Assembly: GCA_950097015.1 (NCBI GenBank)
Contig: CATNEN010000034.1
Location: forward strand, 3,596,001 to 3,660,000
Direction of reading: 5' to 3'
DNA from: Macrostomum hystrix
Taxonomy: Eukaryota; Animalia; Platyhelminthes
Length of the DNA stretch: 64,000 nucleotides
Part shown: positions 1-13,400 of the stretch, piece by piece
Layout of the letters: each line of letters begins with the position of its first letter
Numbering within the stretch: position 1 is the first letter of the stretch
Notes under the pieces: model-generated
Databases searched by the model: none
Told to the model about the DNA's origin: nothing
The model's input: the letters and a program-made list of their open reading frames with translations, nothing else
Program-made: the position numbers and the translations under genes

Positions 1-55
1 CTCTGCCCCCACTGCCACAACTGTCTCTGCCCCACTGCCACAACTGTCTCTGCCC
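1..55. repeat. 24-bp tandem repeat (ctctgcccccactgccacaactgt), truncated by window edge
   Basis: About 2.3 copies are directly visible. Confidence 0.7.
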
Positions 56-568
56 CCAATACTCACCAGTATCTTTCTTATAAAATTTAAGCTTCGAATT
101 TCAAGCAGAGAAAGGTACTTTAACTTTAACCCTCTGAGTCATTGTCTCGGAGGCCTATATATCCAGCCTTACGGTGCACTGGACACAACTCGTAGACGGT
201 CCTGAGGGAACAAAAAATCGATTTCCCCAAAGAACCAGCCGCGCTTAGACGAAAAAACTTAAACTAGCTACTCAAAATGGAGCATGCATTATTGAAGCCT
301 GCTGTGCGCCTTGATCCGACGCTCCCGAAGCTAAATGGGAAGCAAAAAATGCACTCTCCCAATCTAGCTCTGATCCCCAGTTTGCGGACTGCCCCTAGGA
401 CGGTGATGAGCTCGGGTGAACTGAAAAAATACCGAACCCAGTGTCCAACACTGAATGAAAGAACGAAAAAATATGGCCTAGTAGTCGGCCGCTCCGCTAA
501 TTATGAATTCGAACTGTGGGTTGTCGAGGCCTTAAGAAGCCTGAGATCCTGTCTGTACCCAAATCAAC

Positions 569-569
<1 letters not shown>

Positions 570-613
<44 letters not shown>
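570..613. repeat. (CTG)14 microsatellite
   Basis: Direct read; it produces the poly-Cys run in ORF 277..630. Confidence 0.95.
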
Positions 614-616
<3 letters not shown>

Positions 617-666
617 AACACTCAGTCTAAATTGAGTAGATTTTTACAGCAGATTAAGATGGAGGT

Positions 667-944
667 GGAGGACTGCGGGCAATGGCACATCATTTGGTGA
701 CACTTGACCCGCAGCCAGCGAGGAGGCAATTCTGCCCATTTCGCTGACTCCTGAGCACACACGCACACAGATACCGTACGCAGGCACGCGCTCACACAGG
801 TGTGTACATCTGCCCTGACTTTCTCATCGTCAGCCAGTGTACACTTCACTGTGCCTTGGAGGTTGGCCCTCAAGGGCGTAGATTGCACGACAAGCCACCA
901 AGCCTTCTCTCCGCGGCTGCGCCCCAAATAAATGTGGCCTCGCC
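667..944 (-). mobile_element. 5'-truncated copy of tRNA-derived SINE family
   Basis: Reverse complement aligns by eye with 52915-53195 (ggcgaggccacatttatttggggcgcagccgcggagagaagg...atgtgccattgcccgcag); the tRNA head is missing. Confidence 0.85.
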
Positions 945-2039
945 ACGTCATTGAGCTCAGCGATATCCCCCTAATAACTCACGTGATTGCTTACCTCACT
1001 ACGAAACTCTTATATCTATTTTTTTCTTTCTGCTCATTCGAAAATCTGAAAATCAACGTATTTAATTATCTAACTGAACTAAAATTTACTTGAATGTTAA
1101 TTTGTCCTTATCAGAATTCGTGATTTTCTGATCACTGTTACTATTTCGTGATCGAATTATAGATTTTAATCAAAGTTTGGAGCGAATCTAGGTTACCCAG
1201 TTCATTGAGCAGCTCAACCCAGTCAAGAGCAAACTGAGAATTTTGGAAACAAATGTCCAACAAGAGATTTGTCTGCTTCGACTGAAGAATAATGCTTTAT
1301 GAGCACAGTTTGAGCAATATAATAAATTGGTAGGCCCTACTAAACTATTACTACTGAGCACGCGTAGCTGTCTGAGACTTCAACGCCAAGCCGGGAGCAG
1401 ACAATTTATCCCATTTGGGGCGGGGGAACTAACCACGATAACTGATGGGGAAGGAAAGCCAAAAAAACTTTGGGAAACTAGCTTAACTCCCCCCAGAGGG
1501 ACCGGAGTACAGAAATCAACGCTTTTTTCAGTTCGGCGAGTAATCGACGCCAGCCCCCACCCCACCCCACCTCCAACCAGTCTCGAACTTTCAGTTTCTC
1601 TCCCCGTTTTCATTCCGCTAATTTTCTCTTTAGGCCCCCCAACCCTGGCCTTTCTTCTTCTCTTATTTCCCGCTTCCGTTGCGGAAGCTTCAACGGCCGG
1701 GCAGAAGTCTGTTTGCTGGTCGAGGGGAGAATTTGGGAATTGGATTCCTCAGCTACCCTCGTAAAGCCATAAGCTTTCCAGTCGGCTTTAATAATCTGCT
1801 TTTCTAATCTTCCTAAACAGAAAGCACTTATTACTCTTACTTTATCATACACAACGAAATTAGTGCATTTCGGCGCGAAGTGGGAATTCGCTAATACAAT
1901 GTGCATCGGTGAAATTGTGAATGCTGAAAATAAGTTAAATATCTATTGTACACAGTTTAATGCACTTATCTATCTCATTATCTTTCTATCCACTCAACTC
2001 AATTTATCCACCCAACCTACCAATCAATATATCAAACCT

Positions 2040-2878
2040 ACCAATCAATCTAATCTATCAATCAATCTAATCTATCAATAAATCTAATCTATCAATAAAT
2101 CTAATCTATCAATAAATCTAATCTATTAATCATTCTAATCAATCAATCATTCTAAAAAATCAATCATTCTATCTAATCTATCAATCAATCTAATCTATCA
2201 ATCAATCTAATCTATCAATCAATCTAATCTATCAATCAATCTAATCTATCAAGCAATCTAATCTATCAATCATTCTAATATATCAATCATTCTATCTAAT
2301 CTATCAATCAATCCAATCTATCAATCAATCTAATCTATCAATCAATCTAATCTATCAATCATTCTAATATATCAATCATTCTATCTAATCTATCAATCAA
2401 TCTAATCTATCAATCAACCTATTCTATCAAGCAATCTAATCTATCAATCAATCTAATCTATCAATCAATTTAATCTATCAAGCAATCTAATCTATCAATA
2501 AATCTAATCTATCAAGCAATCTAATCTATCAAGCAATCTAAATGTATCAATCAATCCAATCTATCAATCAATCTAATCTATCAAACAATCAAATCTATCG
2601 AACAATCTAATCTATCAATCATTCCAATCTATCAATCATTCTAATCTATCAATCATTCCATCAAATCTATCAATCTATCTAATCTATTAATCATTCTAAT
2701 TTATCAATCATTATAATCTATCAATCATTCTAATATATCAATCATTCTATCTAATCTATCAATCAATCTAATATATCAATCAACCCAATCTATCAATCAA
2801 TCTAATATATCAATCAACCTAATCTATCAATCAATCTAATCTATCAATCAGTCTATCTAATCTATCAATCAATCAATA
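2040..2878. repeat. ~17-bp minisatellite (aatctaatctatcaatc)
   Basis: Visible tandem array with degenerate copies. Confidence 0.95.
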
Positions 2879-3689
2879 CGAAATTATAGAATCCCCTTTC
2901 TTTGGTCCTATTTCTAGACTTATATTTTTTGTCTCGTTAGCTTGTTTGTCAATTATTACTGTCCGCCCAAACTGCAGTCTATTTATTTCACGCAGTTCTT
3001 TCTGTGTCTCCATTCCCCTCCAAAACTCCCTGATCCGAGAGCATCACAGAGGAGGCAATCGATGCGGATAATTCTCCCTATTTCCCTAGGCCTCCGTCCT
3101 TACCGCTGAGAGCTCCCCAAGCAGCCGTGATTGGAGACATTGCGGCTAGGCCGGGCCTTCTGCCAGACAGGCGGGCTGACAGGGACGTAGCCAGGCCAAT
3201 GAGATCCACACAACGCGATTGCCTGAACTATATAGACTTCGGATCAAGTTTAATCACTGCCCAAAGACCCGATAGTCCAGCCAATCCCCCGCGCCAGATT
3301 CCCGCTTGGAAACAAAGCTAGCATGGGCAGAGCGGGCAACAGATAGAAAGAGATTGGGTTCATGAAGGCATTCAAGCAGAAAGCAAGTTTATTTTCCTTT
3401 CTGTCGCTGCTGCACTTCTCAATGCTCGCTGCGTCTCCCCCTAGAAACAGGCCGCTTATCCTTGAATAATCTTTTCTGCATATACTCGTAGTGTGACAAG
3501 TTCCGCTTTGATAAATTAGGTGCGTGTTTTTTTGGTTAGGTCGGACGAGAATCAGTGGCTGCGCACATCAATGCTTTGTATTAGGTGCACTTTTAAGAAT
3601 TCCTAATCAAGCGCCTTTTTGATAAACTAACTTAATGCATTCAAGAAGATTTTGGGGTCGGTGTGTTATTGTGTGTTATTTACATGTTG

Positions 3690-3990
3690 ACAAGTTTGGA
3701 GGGTTTACTTGTTTTTGGGGTTTACGTGGTCTGGGGGTGACGTGTTTAGGGGGTTGTTGTGTTTTAAGGGGTTGAGGTGTTTTGGGGGTTGGGGGTGTTT
3801 CGGGGGGTTGTGGTTTCATGGGGTTGTGGTGTTTTGGGGGGGTTGACGTGGTCTGGGGTTGACGTGTTTTGGGGGTTCTGGTGTTTTGGGGAGGTTGACG
3901 TATTTCGGGGCTGTGGTGTTGTCGGGGCTGGGGTTGACGTATTTTGGGGTTGGCACGTTTAGGGGGTGATGTGTTTTGGGGGTTAGCCCA
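3690..3990. repeat. G/T-rich degenerate tandem repeat
   Basis: Repeated gtttt-ggggg-ttg and ttgacgt motifs with many G4-G6 runs. Confidence 0.75.
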
Positions 3991-4632
3991 CACTAAAATA
4001 CCCAGGATGTTTTGTGTGTTGGTATGGTTGCAGGACCTTTAACCACGAGCTGAATTATAGCTTAGTATTGAGTGCTCCGTTTTTTATTCGCAGTTCTATT
4101 TATAACTTAAGACACGTCACAACAAAGCAAGCGATCGGAGCCAGATCAGTTAATGACGGCTTGTGCCAATAAATATCTGAGTGGAGATACAGTCTGCAAA
4201 GTAATGCATTCTTAGCAAATTAAAATGATTCTACATTGGGGCACAGAATGCTTGGCAGGTCCTGTGTAAACAGTTTTTGCATTCTTATCTCTAAAGCTCA
4301 CGTTTTCATCGCTTTCAGAATTGCTCTGCTCAAGTACCATCCACATGTTGTCACAGTTTTTTATCCTCAATCCTCATACCTACTATAACCATTAGGGAAT
4401 TCGTATTTATCAATGCTGCTTAACTTTCGCACATTTTATTGTGTAACGCAATTATTGCTTCTGGTCTAATAGTCTTCAAAGTTCAACATTGCTTTAAGAG
4501 CCGTCCTGCACGACGACTTTTACTTATATTTATTTTAAATATAATTTAATAGTTAGTTCGTATTTAAATATTTTCTGTCTAAAACATTTTTCCATTTTTT
4601 ATGATCGAGTTTTAAATTTTGGATGTTAGAGT

Positions 4633-4850
4633 ACGGATGGTAGGGAGCGGATGGTAGGGAGCGGATGGTAGGGAGCGGATGGTAGGGAGCGGATGGTAGG
4701 GAGCGGATGGTAGGGAGCGGATGGTAAGGGAGCGGATGGTAGGGAGCGGATGGTAGGGAGCGGATGGTAGGGAGCGGATGGTAGGGAGCGGATGGTAGGG
4801 AGCGGATGGTAGGGAGCGGATGGTAGGGATCGGATGGTAGGGAGCGGTAG
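4633..4850. repeat. 14-bp minisatellite (ggatggtagggagc)
   Basis: About 15 near-perfect copies ending ~30 bp before a splice acceptor. Confidence 0.95.
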
Positions 4851-4881
4851 GGAACTATCCGCACTTTACCACCCACTGCAG

Positions 4882-7800
4882 CATCTGCTGCTCACTATAA
4901 GACGATCCGCCCACGCCTTGCAGGTCTGGTCTCATCGGAACTGCCCAGACGCGAGCTGCTTCTGTGCTCAGGCGCGAGCCACCTGCTAAGCTGTCCGGCC
5001 GGCTCCAGCATCGCCGTGTCCTCGGCCCACTTTGGCCAGCGCGGCGAGAACAACGCCTGCAATCGGCGACATCTGGCTGCGGAGAAGTCAAATGGGCCAC
5101 CATCTGCTGCCCTTTGGTGGACAAACAAAACCTGCGAGGTTCCAGACGCTGTGAAGGTGAGACGGCTTCAAACTCTCCTAAGTAAATTATTCACGTGATT
5201 TTTGGAAATATCTCCTTTCCACATTCTCTTACCCAAATGTACATCCACATCTCCCCACTCCCTATCCTGAATCTACATTCACATCTATTCACGTCCTGTC
5301 ACAATGTACATTTGCGTCTCTAAACTTCCTACCCGCAATGTACATATGCGTCTCCAGACTTCCTACCCCCAATGTACATATGCGTCTTCAAACTTTCTAC
5401 CCCTAATGTACATATGTCTCCAAACTTTCTACCCCCAATGTACATTCACCTTTCTATCTGTCTAAACCCAAATGCGAAACTTTGAACACCTATTGTAGCT
5501 CAATATGCAGTGCCGCCTTATCTTTCAACGTTTATGAGTAAATTCACATTAATGAAAGTATAATGAAATAAAATCCAATAAGATACTTCCCCTGCAAAGC
5601 GTTTTCTAAGAAACGCATCGAAGATTGACCTCGAGACGGGTGGGCAAAGCAAGCCCAACTTTAAACAAAACAGCGCCAATAGTCCAGAACTGTCAATCAT
5701 GAGTTATTGGTAGAAAAATATGCGGAGAGGAGCCAAAGCACAGGCGCACACAGGCTTGAAGACTTGGCCCAATTAACAAAATAATAGCGAGCTTTACCTG
5801 AAATGACACGCCTCTAGCCCAGCCTCCAAACATCGCCCCCGTCCCTGCCACCCTTACCGCACGCCAAGATGCTGTCAGGCAGGTGCGCGGGACGCACTGA
5901 TTGCCAGCTCACGAACGATTTGGGCGGCCAGACCTGCGGCAGCCAGCTAACTTTCCTGTCGTTCAAGTACGTCTGTCAACCAGGTGAGGGTTGCGTACCT
6001 TTACTTAGATGGAAAGTACTGCTCGTATTACGCTTACTTCTTTGCTTTGTTTGTTCATTGTTGACTCGAACCGATAGAGAGGATTTGGTTTCAATTATCT
6101 TACTACCGCTTTTCTCCCGTCGCCATGCAAATTCTTCATAATCATCGCTTATTGTCAAAGAGAAACTATTAGAATTTAGGAAATAGAAGCCCCACCCACT
6201 GCCCCATGTGGGTGTGTAGGTGAACACACAGTAGGTGAGTATGATTCTCATGCTATCCACTCAAGGTAATGTTGCAAAAATTGTGACACTCAAGCCAAGG
6301 CATCTGAATGGGCCCTCCAAGCAGCTCCTGGCTGCTGTACGAGTGCATCCACAATGGCGGGCAGGAGGGTTGTCGCGTTGAAGATCTCCGTTCTTGTCTA
6401 CATTTTTCTTGAAGAAAAAAATGTCCTTGGCTTCTCAACCGGTCTGTCCTTCTTTTGCCTATCAGCTCAGCTCCGCCCCTACCACTGCTCTCCTCCCCTC
6501 TCTGAAACCATTCTAATTTTTCTCTCTCGGCGCCTCTGGGAGCTCCGGTTTGTCGCACTATTTCTGCCACAAATTCTTCTTCTAAATTCTGTGGGCCGCC
6601 TCGTCGTCTCGGTGGCTAATTTGACACGCAACCCCCCGTCCTGGTGCTGCATGAGAAGCGGGACTCTGGAATCAGCTGGCACTGAGGAGTGCCATTGGAC
6701 GGTGGCTGATGTTCTGTTTGGCAAGCAGAGTGAAACATCTCAATCAGAAAGCAGAAGAAATAAATATTTTATAGTTGGACTGAGCTCGAGAAGCAAAGGT
6801 GACCCACTGCCTCAACCCCGAATCTGAGTCACCATTGAGCCGCTCGAATAAATTACTCTCATAAATATGGAAATTCAAACACAAAGGATGAAGACATGAT
6901 AATTGCATTGTGAGACAACATTAATTGAATCGAAATGATTTTGATGAGTCACTGACATCTCATTGGGATATCATAGATAATTATTGTTATTTTGATGAGT
7001 CACTGACATCTCATTGGGATATCATAGATAATTATTGTTATTTTGATGTCACTGAGAAATCTCTAATGTCACCAAGGTCCCTAAGCTCGATTCCGCGGCG
7101 AGGCCACATTCATTTGGGTCGCAGCCGTGGAGAGAAGACTTGGGGGCTTGTCGTGCAATTTGCGCCTTTGAGGGCCAACCTCCAAGGCACAGTGAGAGTG
7201 TACACTGCTTGACAATGAGAAAGTCTGGGCAGATGTACACACCTGTGTGCGTGTGTGCTCAGGAGTCAGCGAAATGGGCAGAACTGCCTCCTCGCTGGCT
7301 GCGGGTCTAGTGTCACCAAATGATGTGCCATTGTCCGCAGCCTTCCTGCAAGTATTCATTATTATTAACATCTTTTGAACATCAACAAGATATAAACTAA
7401 CGCCAGAAAGCATAATTTATGAAAAACAACACTGGCTACAAAGATAGAAGTCGTTACTCTACCTGAAAGCGATACACATCTCAAAGGCTCCCCAAAAAGT
7501 GGACTTTAGAAACTGATCCTCAGCTGTGGGTGAGGATGGGGATATTTTCCCCCCATCCGATTCAACTCTTGTATCTAAGGCGCATTGTTACGGTTACTGC
7601 ACTTGTTCACAAAACTGTTGGCTTTATTTCACCTTTAAGCTCCCGGCTTCAAAGCAGTTTTGCTTGCTCCACTAAGCTTTTCACTTAACTCAAGAGTTTT
7701 TTCTTGTTCTATATTGTTTGACGTTCGGGCTAATCGGAAATTAACGGAGGAAAGAATTTTTTAAAAGATGTTTGACTATTTTCAAACTTCGTCGGTTTGC

Positions 7801-10400
7801 CTTTTTGTGAAGACTATGGCAGAAACGCAACTAGAAGCAGCTAGAGAAAGTTTTCTTGAAAGACAATCACGCGATCAATAGTGCAGATTTTAATCAGTCT
7901 TTTTACGAGCGTATTTGTTTGTGAGCAGTTTGGTCTGTCCATTGTATTCTATCTATCCTATGGTCTATTCTATGGTCTATCCTGTAGTCTATCCTGTAGT
8001 CTATCCTGTAGTCTATCCTGTAGTCTATCCTGTAGTCTATCCTGTAGTCTATCCTGCAGTCTATCCTGTAGTCTATCCTGTAGTCTATCCTGTAGTCTAT
8101 CCTGTAGTCTATCCTGTAGTCTATCCTGTAGTCTATCCTGTAGTCTATCCTGTAGTCTATCCTGTTGTCTATCCTGTAGTCTATCCTGTAGTCTATCCTG
8201 TAGTCTATCCTGTAGTCTATCCTGTAATCTATCCTGTAGTCTATCCTGCAGTCTATTCTGTAGACTATCCTGTAGTCTATCCTGTAGTCCATCCTGTAGT
8301 CTATTCTGTAGTCTATCCTGTAGTCTATTCTGTAGTCTATCCTGTAGTCTATTCTGTAGTCTATCCTGCAGTCTATTCTGTAGACTATCCTGTAGTCCAT
8401 CCTGTAGTCTATTCTGTAGTCTATCCTGCAGTCTATTCTGTAGACTATCCTGTAGTCCATCCTGTAGTCCATCATGTAGTCCATCCTGCAGCCAATCAAT
8501 CCACAATCAGTACCAGTCTAACCCACTTGCACAGGCCTGCACTCGCTGCTCCTGTGCTCCGGCCAACAAAAGTTAATCCAGTGTTCCCATGGCGAGCGTC
8601 TAACAATAGTCTATTCGCGCCTGACTAGAAAATATCAGTTGGACAGCGAGCCGAAGTGCCCGGATCTGGTGAACCCGGCCTCTAGTCTAGCCGCCTGTCG
8701 TGACGAAGATTTCACCAATCCCATGCGAGCCATCTGCGGCAAGGAGGAGGGTAGCTGCGCAATCAGCGCCACCTTCCCTGCCAAAACCGGCTGCGCGCCC
8801 AGTCACGTGTTCGTTGTGTACGCCTGCGGTGAGCCCTTGCTTTATCCAGCAGTCCCAATGCCTTTATCCAGCAGTCCCTCCACTGAAATGACCCAATGGC
8901 TTTATCCAGCAGTCCCTCCACTGAAATGACCCAATGGCTTTATCCAGCAGTCCCTCCACTGAAATGACCCAATGGCTTTATCCAGCAGTTCCTCCACTGA
9001 AATGACCCAATGCCTTTATCCAGCAGTCCCTCCACTGAAATGACCCAATGCCTTTATCCAGCAGTCCCTCCACTGAAATGACCCAATGCCTTTATCCAGC
9101 AGTCCCTCCACTGAAATGACCCAATGCCTTTATCCAGCAGTCAATGTAATGAAAAAATAAAATGTCTTCACCCTCCAGTCCCTTCAATTAATCCAAAAAA
9201 GGATAGCAGTGTTAGGATATGGAATAGGATAGCAGTGTTAGGATATGGAATAGGATAGTGTTCCAAAGGCCGATGTGGTTTTACCAGCGTTGTTCAAAAT
9301 CTCTCGCTTGTGCTTGTCTCCAGTGCCGAAAGCTCTGTACCAGCGCCAGTCGGTGACAGTGGCGAAGGACTCGACGCCTCCGAAGGATGTCGAAGGCCCG
9401 GCCAGACCCTGGCAGGATAATTCAGCCGGCAGCGACCAGCAAATTGTTAATGACCAGTGGCGGCCCTCCAAACAGTTCAATGGTGAGTAGCTTAACACTG
9501 CCTGGGTGAGATTCCACAGATTAGACACTGAGATTCCACAGTTTAGACACTGAGATTCCACAGTTTAGACAGTGAGATTCCACAGTTAGACAGTGAGATT
9601 CCACAGTTTAGACACTGAGATTCCACAGTTTAGACAGTGAGATTCCACAGTTTAGACAGTGAGATTCCACAGTTAGACAGTGAGATTCCACAGTTTAGAC
9701 ACTGAGATTCCACAGTTTAGACACTGAGATTCCACAGTTTAGACAGTGAGATTCCACAGTTTAGACACTGAGATTCCACAGTTTAGACAGTGAGATTCCA
9801 CAGTTTAGACACTGAGATTCCACAGTTTAGACAGTGAGATTCCACAGTTAGACAGTGAGATTCCACAGTTTAGACACTGAGATTCCACAGTTTAGACAGT
9901 GAGATTCCACAGTTAGACAGTGAGATTCCACAGTTTAGACAGTGAGATTCCACAGTTAGACAGTGAGATTCCACAGTTAGACAGTGAGATTCCACAGTTT
10001 AGACACTGAGATTCCACAGTTTAGACAGTGAGATTCCACAGTTTAGACAGTGAGATTCCACAGTTTAGACAGTGAGATTCCACAGTTAGACAGTGAGATT
10101 CCACAGTTAGACAGTGAGATTCCACAGTTTAGACACTGAGATTCCACAGTTTAGACAGTGAGATTCCACAGTTAGACAGTGAGATTCCACAGTTTAGACA
10201 CTGAGATTCCACAGTTTAGACACTGAGATTCCACAGTTGGACAGTGAGATTCAATTGCTAGTTCCGATGTTACAAAAACACAATCAAATTTTGTTTATCA
10301 GGTCAGCTGGAGTCAGACAAGGCGCAACAGAACACAGCAAGAAGCAGCAGCAGCAGCATTGGAGGGAATTCTAAAACAAAGACAGCTCAATCGGACGAGA
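4882..10400 (+). CDS. Extracellular part of a protein with two SUEL (Gal/rhamnose-binding lectin, PF02140-like) domains; 5' exon not identified
   Basis: Phase-compatible GT-AG exons: 4882 (or 4924)..5156, 5869..5983, 8535..8828, 9324..9482, 10302..10400. Domain 1 reads LLLCSGASHLLSCPAGSSIAVSSAHFGQR..C..TCEVPDAVK|MLSGRCAGRTDCQL..TCGSQLTFLSFKYVC. Domain 2 reads LLLCSGQQKLIQCSHGERLTIV..KC..ACRDEDFTNPMRAICGKEEGSCAISA..TGCAPSHVFVVYAC. Each has 8 Cys in SUEL-like spacing. Confidence 0.75.
5310..5450. repeat. ~33-bp degenerate tandem repeat (aatgtacatatgcgtctccaaactt..)
   Basis: About 4 visible copies. Confidence 0.7.
6939..7045. repeat. 51-bp direct duplication containing TGAGTCA
   Basis: Two identical 51-bp copies starting at 6939 and 6990, immediately before SINE copy 2. 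Confidence 0.9.
7076..7366 (+). mobile_element. 5'-truncated SINE copy retaining a B-box-like remnant and (att)n tail
   Basis: ggtccctaagctcgattccgcggcgaggccac...ccttcctgcaagtattcattattatt matches 52894-53220. Confidence 0.85.
7945..8490. repeat. 12-bp minisatellite (gtagtctatcct)
   Basis: About 43 copies; source of the SCSL/YPVV/IDYR pseudo-ORFs. Confidence 0.97.
8850..9140. repeat. 38-bp minisatellite (ccagcagtccctccactgaaatgacccaatggctttat)
   Basis: About 7 copies, starting ~20 bp after the donor at 8829. Confidence 0.95.
9515..10250. repeat. 21/22-bp minisatellite (gagattccacagtttagacact)
   Basis: About 34 copies filling the intron. Confidence 0.97.
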
Positions 10401-10428
10401 GTAAGCCTAGAATTTGATAAACTACTCA

Positions 10429-13400
10429 TTAGTTTAAGTAGTGCGTTAGAAAATGAGAACATAAGTTAGGCTGTAAATAATTAGTGTCTGAACTTCCATA
10501 ATTAATCGAATACCGAAGGGTGTCAAATCCATACAGTAGCCTCAATTCATACCGCAGCTGAAACACTTCAGTGAGGTCAACATTTTGCCCAAGTGGAACC
10601 CGAGTGAGAGTTGCGCAGTCGACCGAATCGAAAGTGACAAGCAGCGAGATAATGCAAGAATGTGGGCAAATATCCCAACACTCTATTCCCATACCTGCCT
10701 TCGCACTTAACCTATCCGGCAAGTTTTGTTTTGAACTACACGGCTCATTGCATGAGAATTCCAAACCCTTGGAATATGAAGCTTGAAACTCCCCATCACT
10801 GAAGAATCCCCATCACAGAAGTATCCCAATCACTGAAGAATCCCAATCACTGAAGAATCCCAATCACTGAAGAATCCCAATCACTGAAGAATCCCAATCA
10901 CTGAATAATCCCAATCACTGAAGAATCCCAATCACTGAAGAATCCCAATCACTGAAGAATCCCAATCACTGAATAATCCCAATCACTGAAGAGTCCCAAT
11001 CACTGAAGAATCCCAGTCACTGAAGTATCCCAATCACTGAAGAATCCCAATCACTGAATAATCCCAGTCACTGAAGAATCCCAATCACTGAAGAATCGCA
11101 ATCACTGGAGAATCCCAATCACTGAAGAATCCCAATCACTTAAGTATCCCAATCACTGAAGAATCCCATTCACTGAAGAATCCCATTCACTGAAGAATCC
11201 CAATCACTGAAGAGTCCCAATCACTGAAGAATCCCAGTCACTGAAGTATCCCAATCACTGAAGAATCCCAATCACTGAAGAATCCCAATCACTGAAGAAT
11301 CCCAATCACTGAAGAATCCCAATCACTGAAGAATCCCAATCACTGAAGAATCCCAGTCACTGAAGAGTCCCAATCACTGAAGAATCCCAATCACTGAAGA
11401 ATCCCAATCACTGAAGAATCCCAATCACTGAAGAATCCCAATCACTGAAGAGTCCCAATCACTGAAGAATCCCAGTCACTGAAGTATCCCAATCACTGAA
11501 GAATCCCAATCACTGAAGAATCCCAATCACTGAAGAATCCCAATCACTGACGAATCCCAATCACTGAAGAATCCCAATCACTGAAGAATCCCAGTCACTG
11601 AAGAATCCCAATCACTGACGAAGCCCAATCACTGAAGAATCCCAGTCACTGAAGAATCCCAATCACTGACGAATCCCAATCACTGAAGAATCCCAGTCAC
11701 TGAAGAATCCCAATCACTGACGAATCCCAATCACTGAAGAATCCCAGTCACTGAAGAATCCCAGTCACTGAAGTATCCCAATCACTGAAGTATCCCAGTC
11801 ACTGAATAATCCCAATCACTGAAGAATCCCAATCACTGAAGAATCCCAATCACTGGAGAATCCCAATCACTGAAGAATCCCAATCACTTAAGTATCCCAA
11901 TCACTGAAGAATCCCATTCACTGAAGAATCCCATTCACTGAAGAATCCCAATCACTGAAGAATCCCAATCACTGAAGAATCCCAGTCACTGAAGTATCCC
12001 AATCACTGAAGAATCCCAATCACTGAAGAATCCCAATCACTGAAGAATCCCAATCACTGAAGAATCCCAATCACTGAAGAATCCCAGTCACTGAAGAGTC
12101 CCAATCACTGAAGAATCCCAATCACTGAAGAATCCCAATCACTGAAGAATCCCAGTCACTGAAGAATCCCAATCACTGACGAATCCCAATCACTGAAGAA
12201 TCCCAATCACTGAAGAATCCCAATCACTGAAGAATCCCAATCACTGAAGAATCCCAATAACTGACGAATCCCAATCACTGAAGAATCCCAATCACTGAAG
12301 AATCCCAGTCACTGAAGAATCCCAATCACTGACGAATCCCAATCACTGAAGAATCCCAGTCACTGAAGAATCCCAATCACTGACGAATCCCAATCACTGA
12401 AGAATCCCAGTCACTGAAGAATCCCAATCACTGACGAATCCTAATCACTGAAGAATCCCAGTCACTGAAGAATCCCAGTCACTGAAGTATCCCAATCACT
12501 GAAGTATCCCAGTCACTGAATAATCCCAGTCACTGAAGAATCCCAATCACTGAAGAATCCCAATCACTGGAGAATCCCAATCACTGAAGAATCCCAATCA
12601 CTTAAGTATCCCAATCACTGAAGAATCCCATTCACTGAAGAATCCCATTCACTGAAGAATCCCAATCACTGAAGAATCCCAATCACTGAAGAATCCCAGT
12701 CACTGAAGTATCCCAATCACTGAAGAATCCCAATCACTGAAGAATCCCAATCACTGAAGAATCCCAATCACTGAAGAATCCCAATCACTGAAGAATCCCA
12801 GTCACTGAAGAGTCCCAATCACTGAAGAATCCCAATCACTGAAGAATCCCAATCACTGAAGAATCCCAGTCACTGAAGAATCCCAATCACTGACGAATCC
12901 CAATCACTGAAGAATCCCAGTCACTGAAGAATCCCAATCACTGACGAATCCCAATCACTGAAGAATCCCAGTCACTGAAGAATCCCAGTCACTGAAGTAT
13001 CCCAGTCACTGAAGTATCTCAGTCACTGAAGAATCCCAATCACTGACGAATCCCAATCACTGAAGAATCCCAATCACTGAAGAATCCCAGTCACTGAAGA
13101 ATCCCAATCACTGACGAATCCCAATCACTGAAGAATCCCAGTCACTGAAGAATCCCAATCACTGACGAATCCTAATCACTGAAGAATCCCAGTCACTGAA
13201 GAATCCCAGTCACTGAAGAATCCCAATCACTGAAAAATCACAAAAGTCGCAGTTCAAGGGCAATCTTTTTACCCTTCGTTGTAATGGGAAAATATGAGAC
13301 ATTCAGCAAAATCCTCCACTTACCAGTGCCATTACGCGCACTCTTCCTTCTCTCTCTCCTGGCTTCGGTATCTGGGCGTTTAACCTTGAACGGTACGTCA

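Noticed and set aside
277-630. ORF with poly-Cys
   Set aside because: The poly-Cys comes from the (CTG)14 microsatellite; no recognisable domain.
1634-3470. Signal-peptide-like stretches (1634-1760 PTLAFLLLLFPASVAEA; 3362-3469 MKAFKQKASLFSFLSLLHF..) as the first exon of the lectin gene
   Set aside because: No convincing phase-1 donor, or no ATG, linking them to exon 4882; left unassigned.
10572-10786. Third SUEL-like exon on the + strand (FCPSGTRVRVAQS..)
   Set aside because: Too few Cys in the right spacing; it overlaps a longer - strand frame and would need a GC donor or would end the protein.
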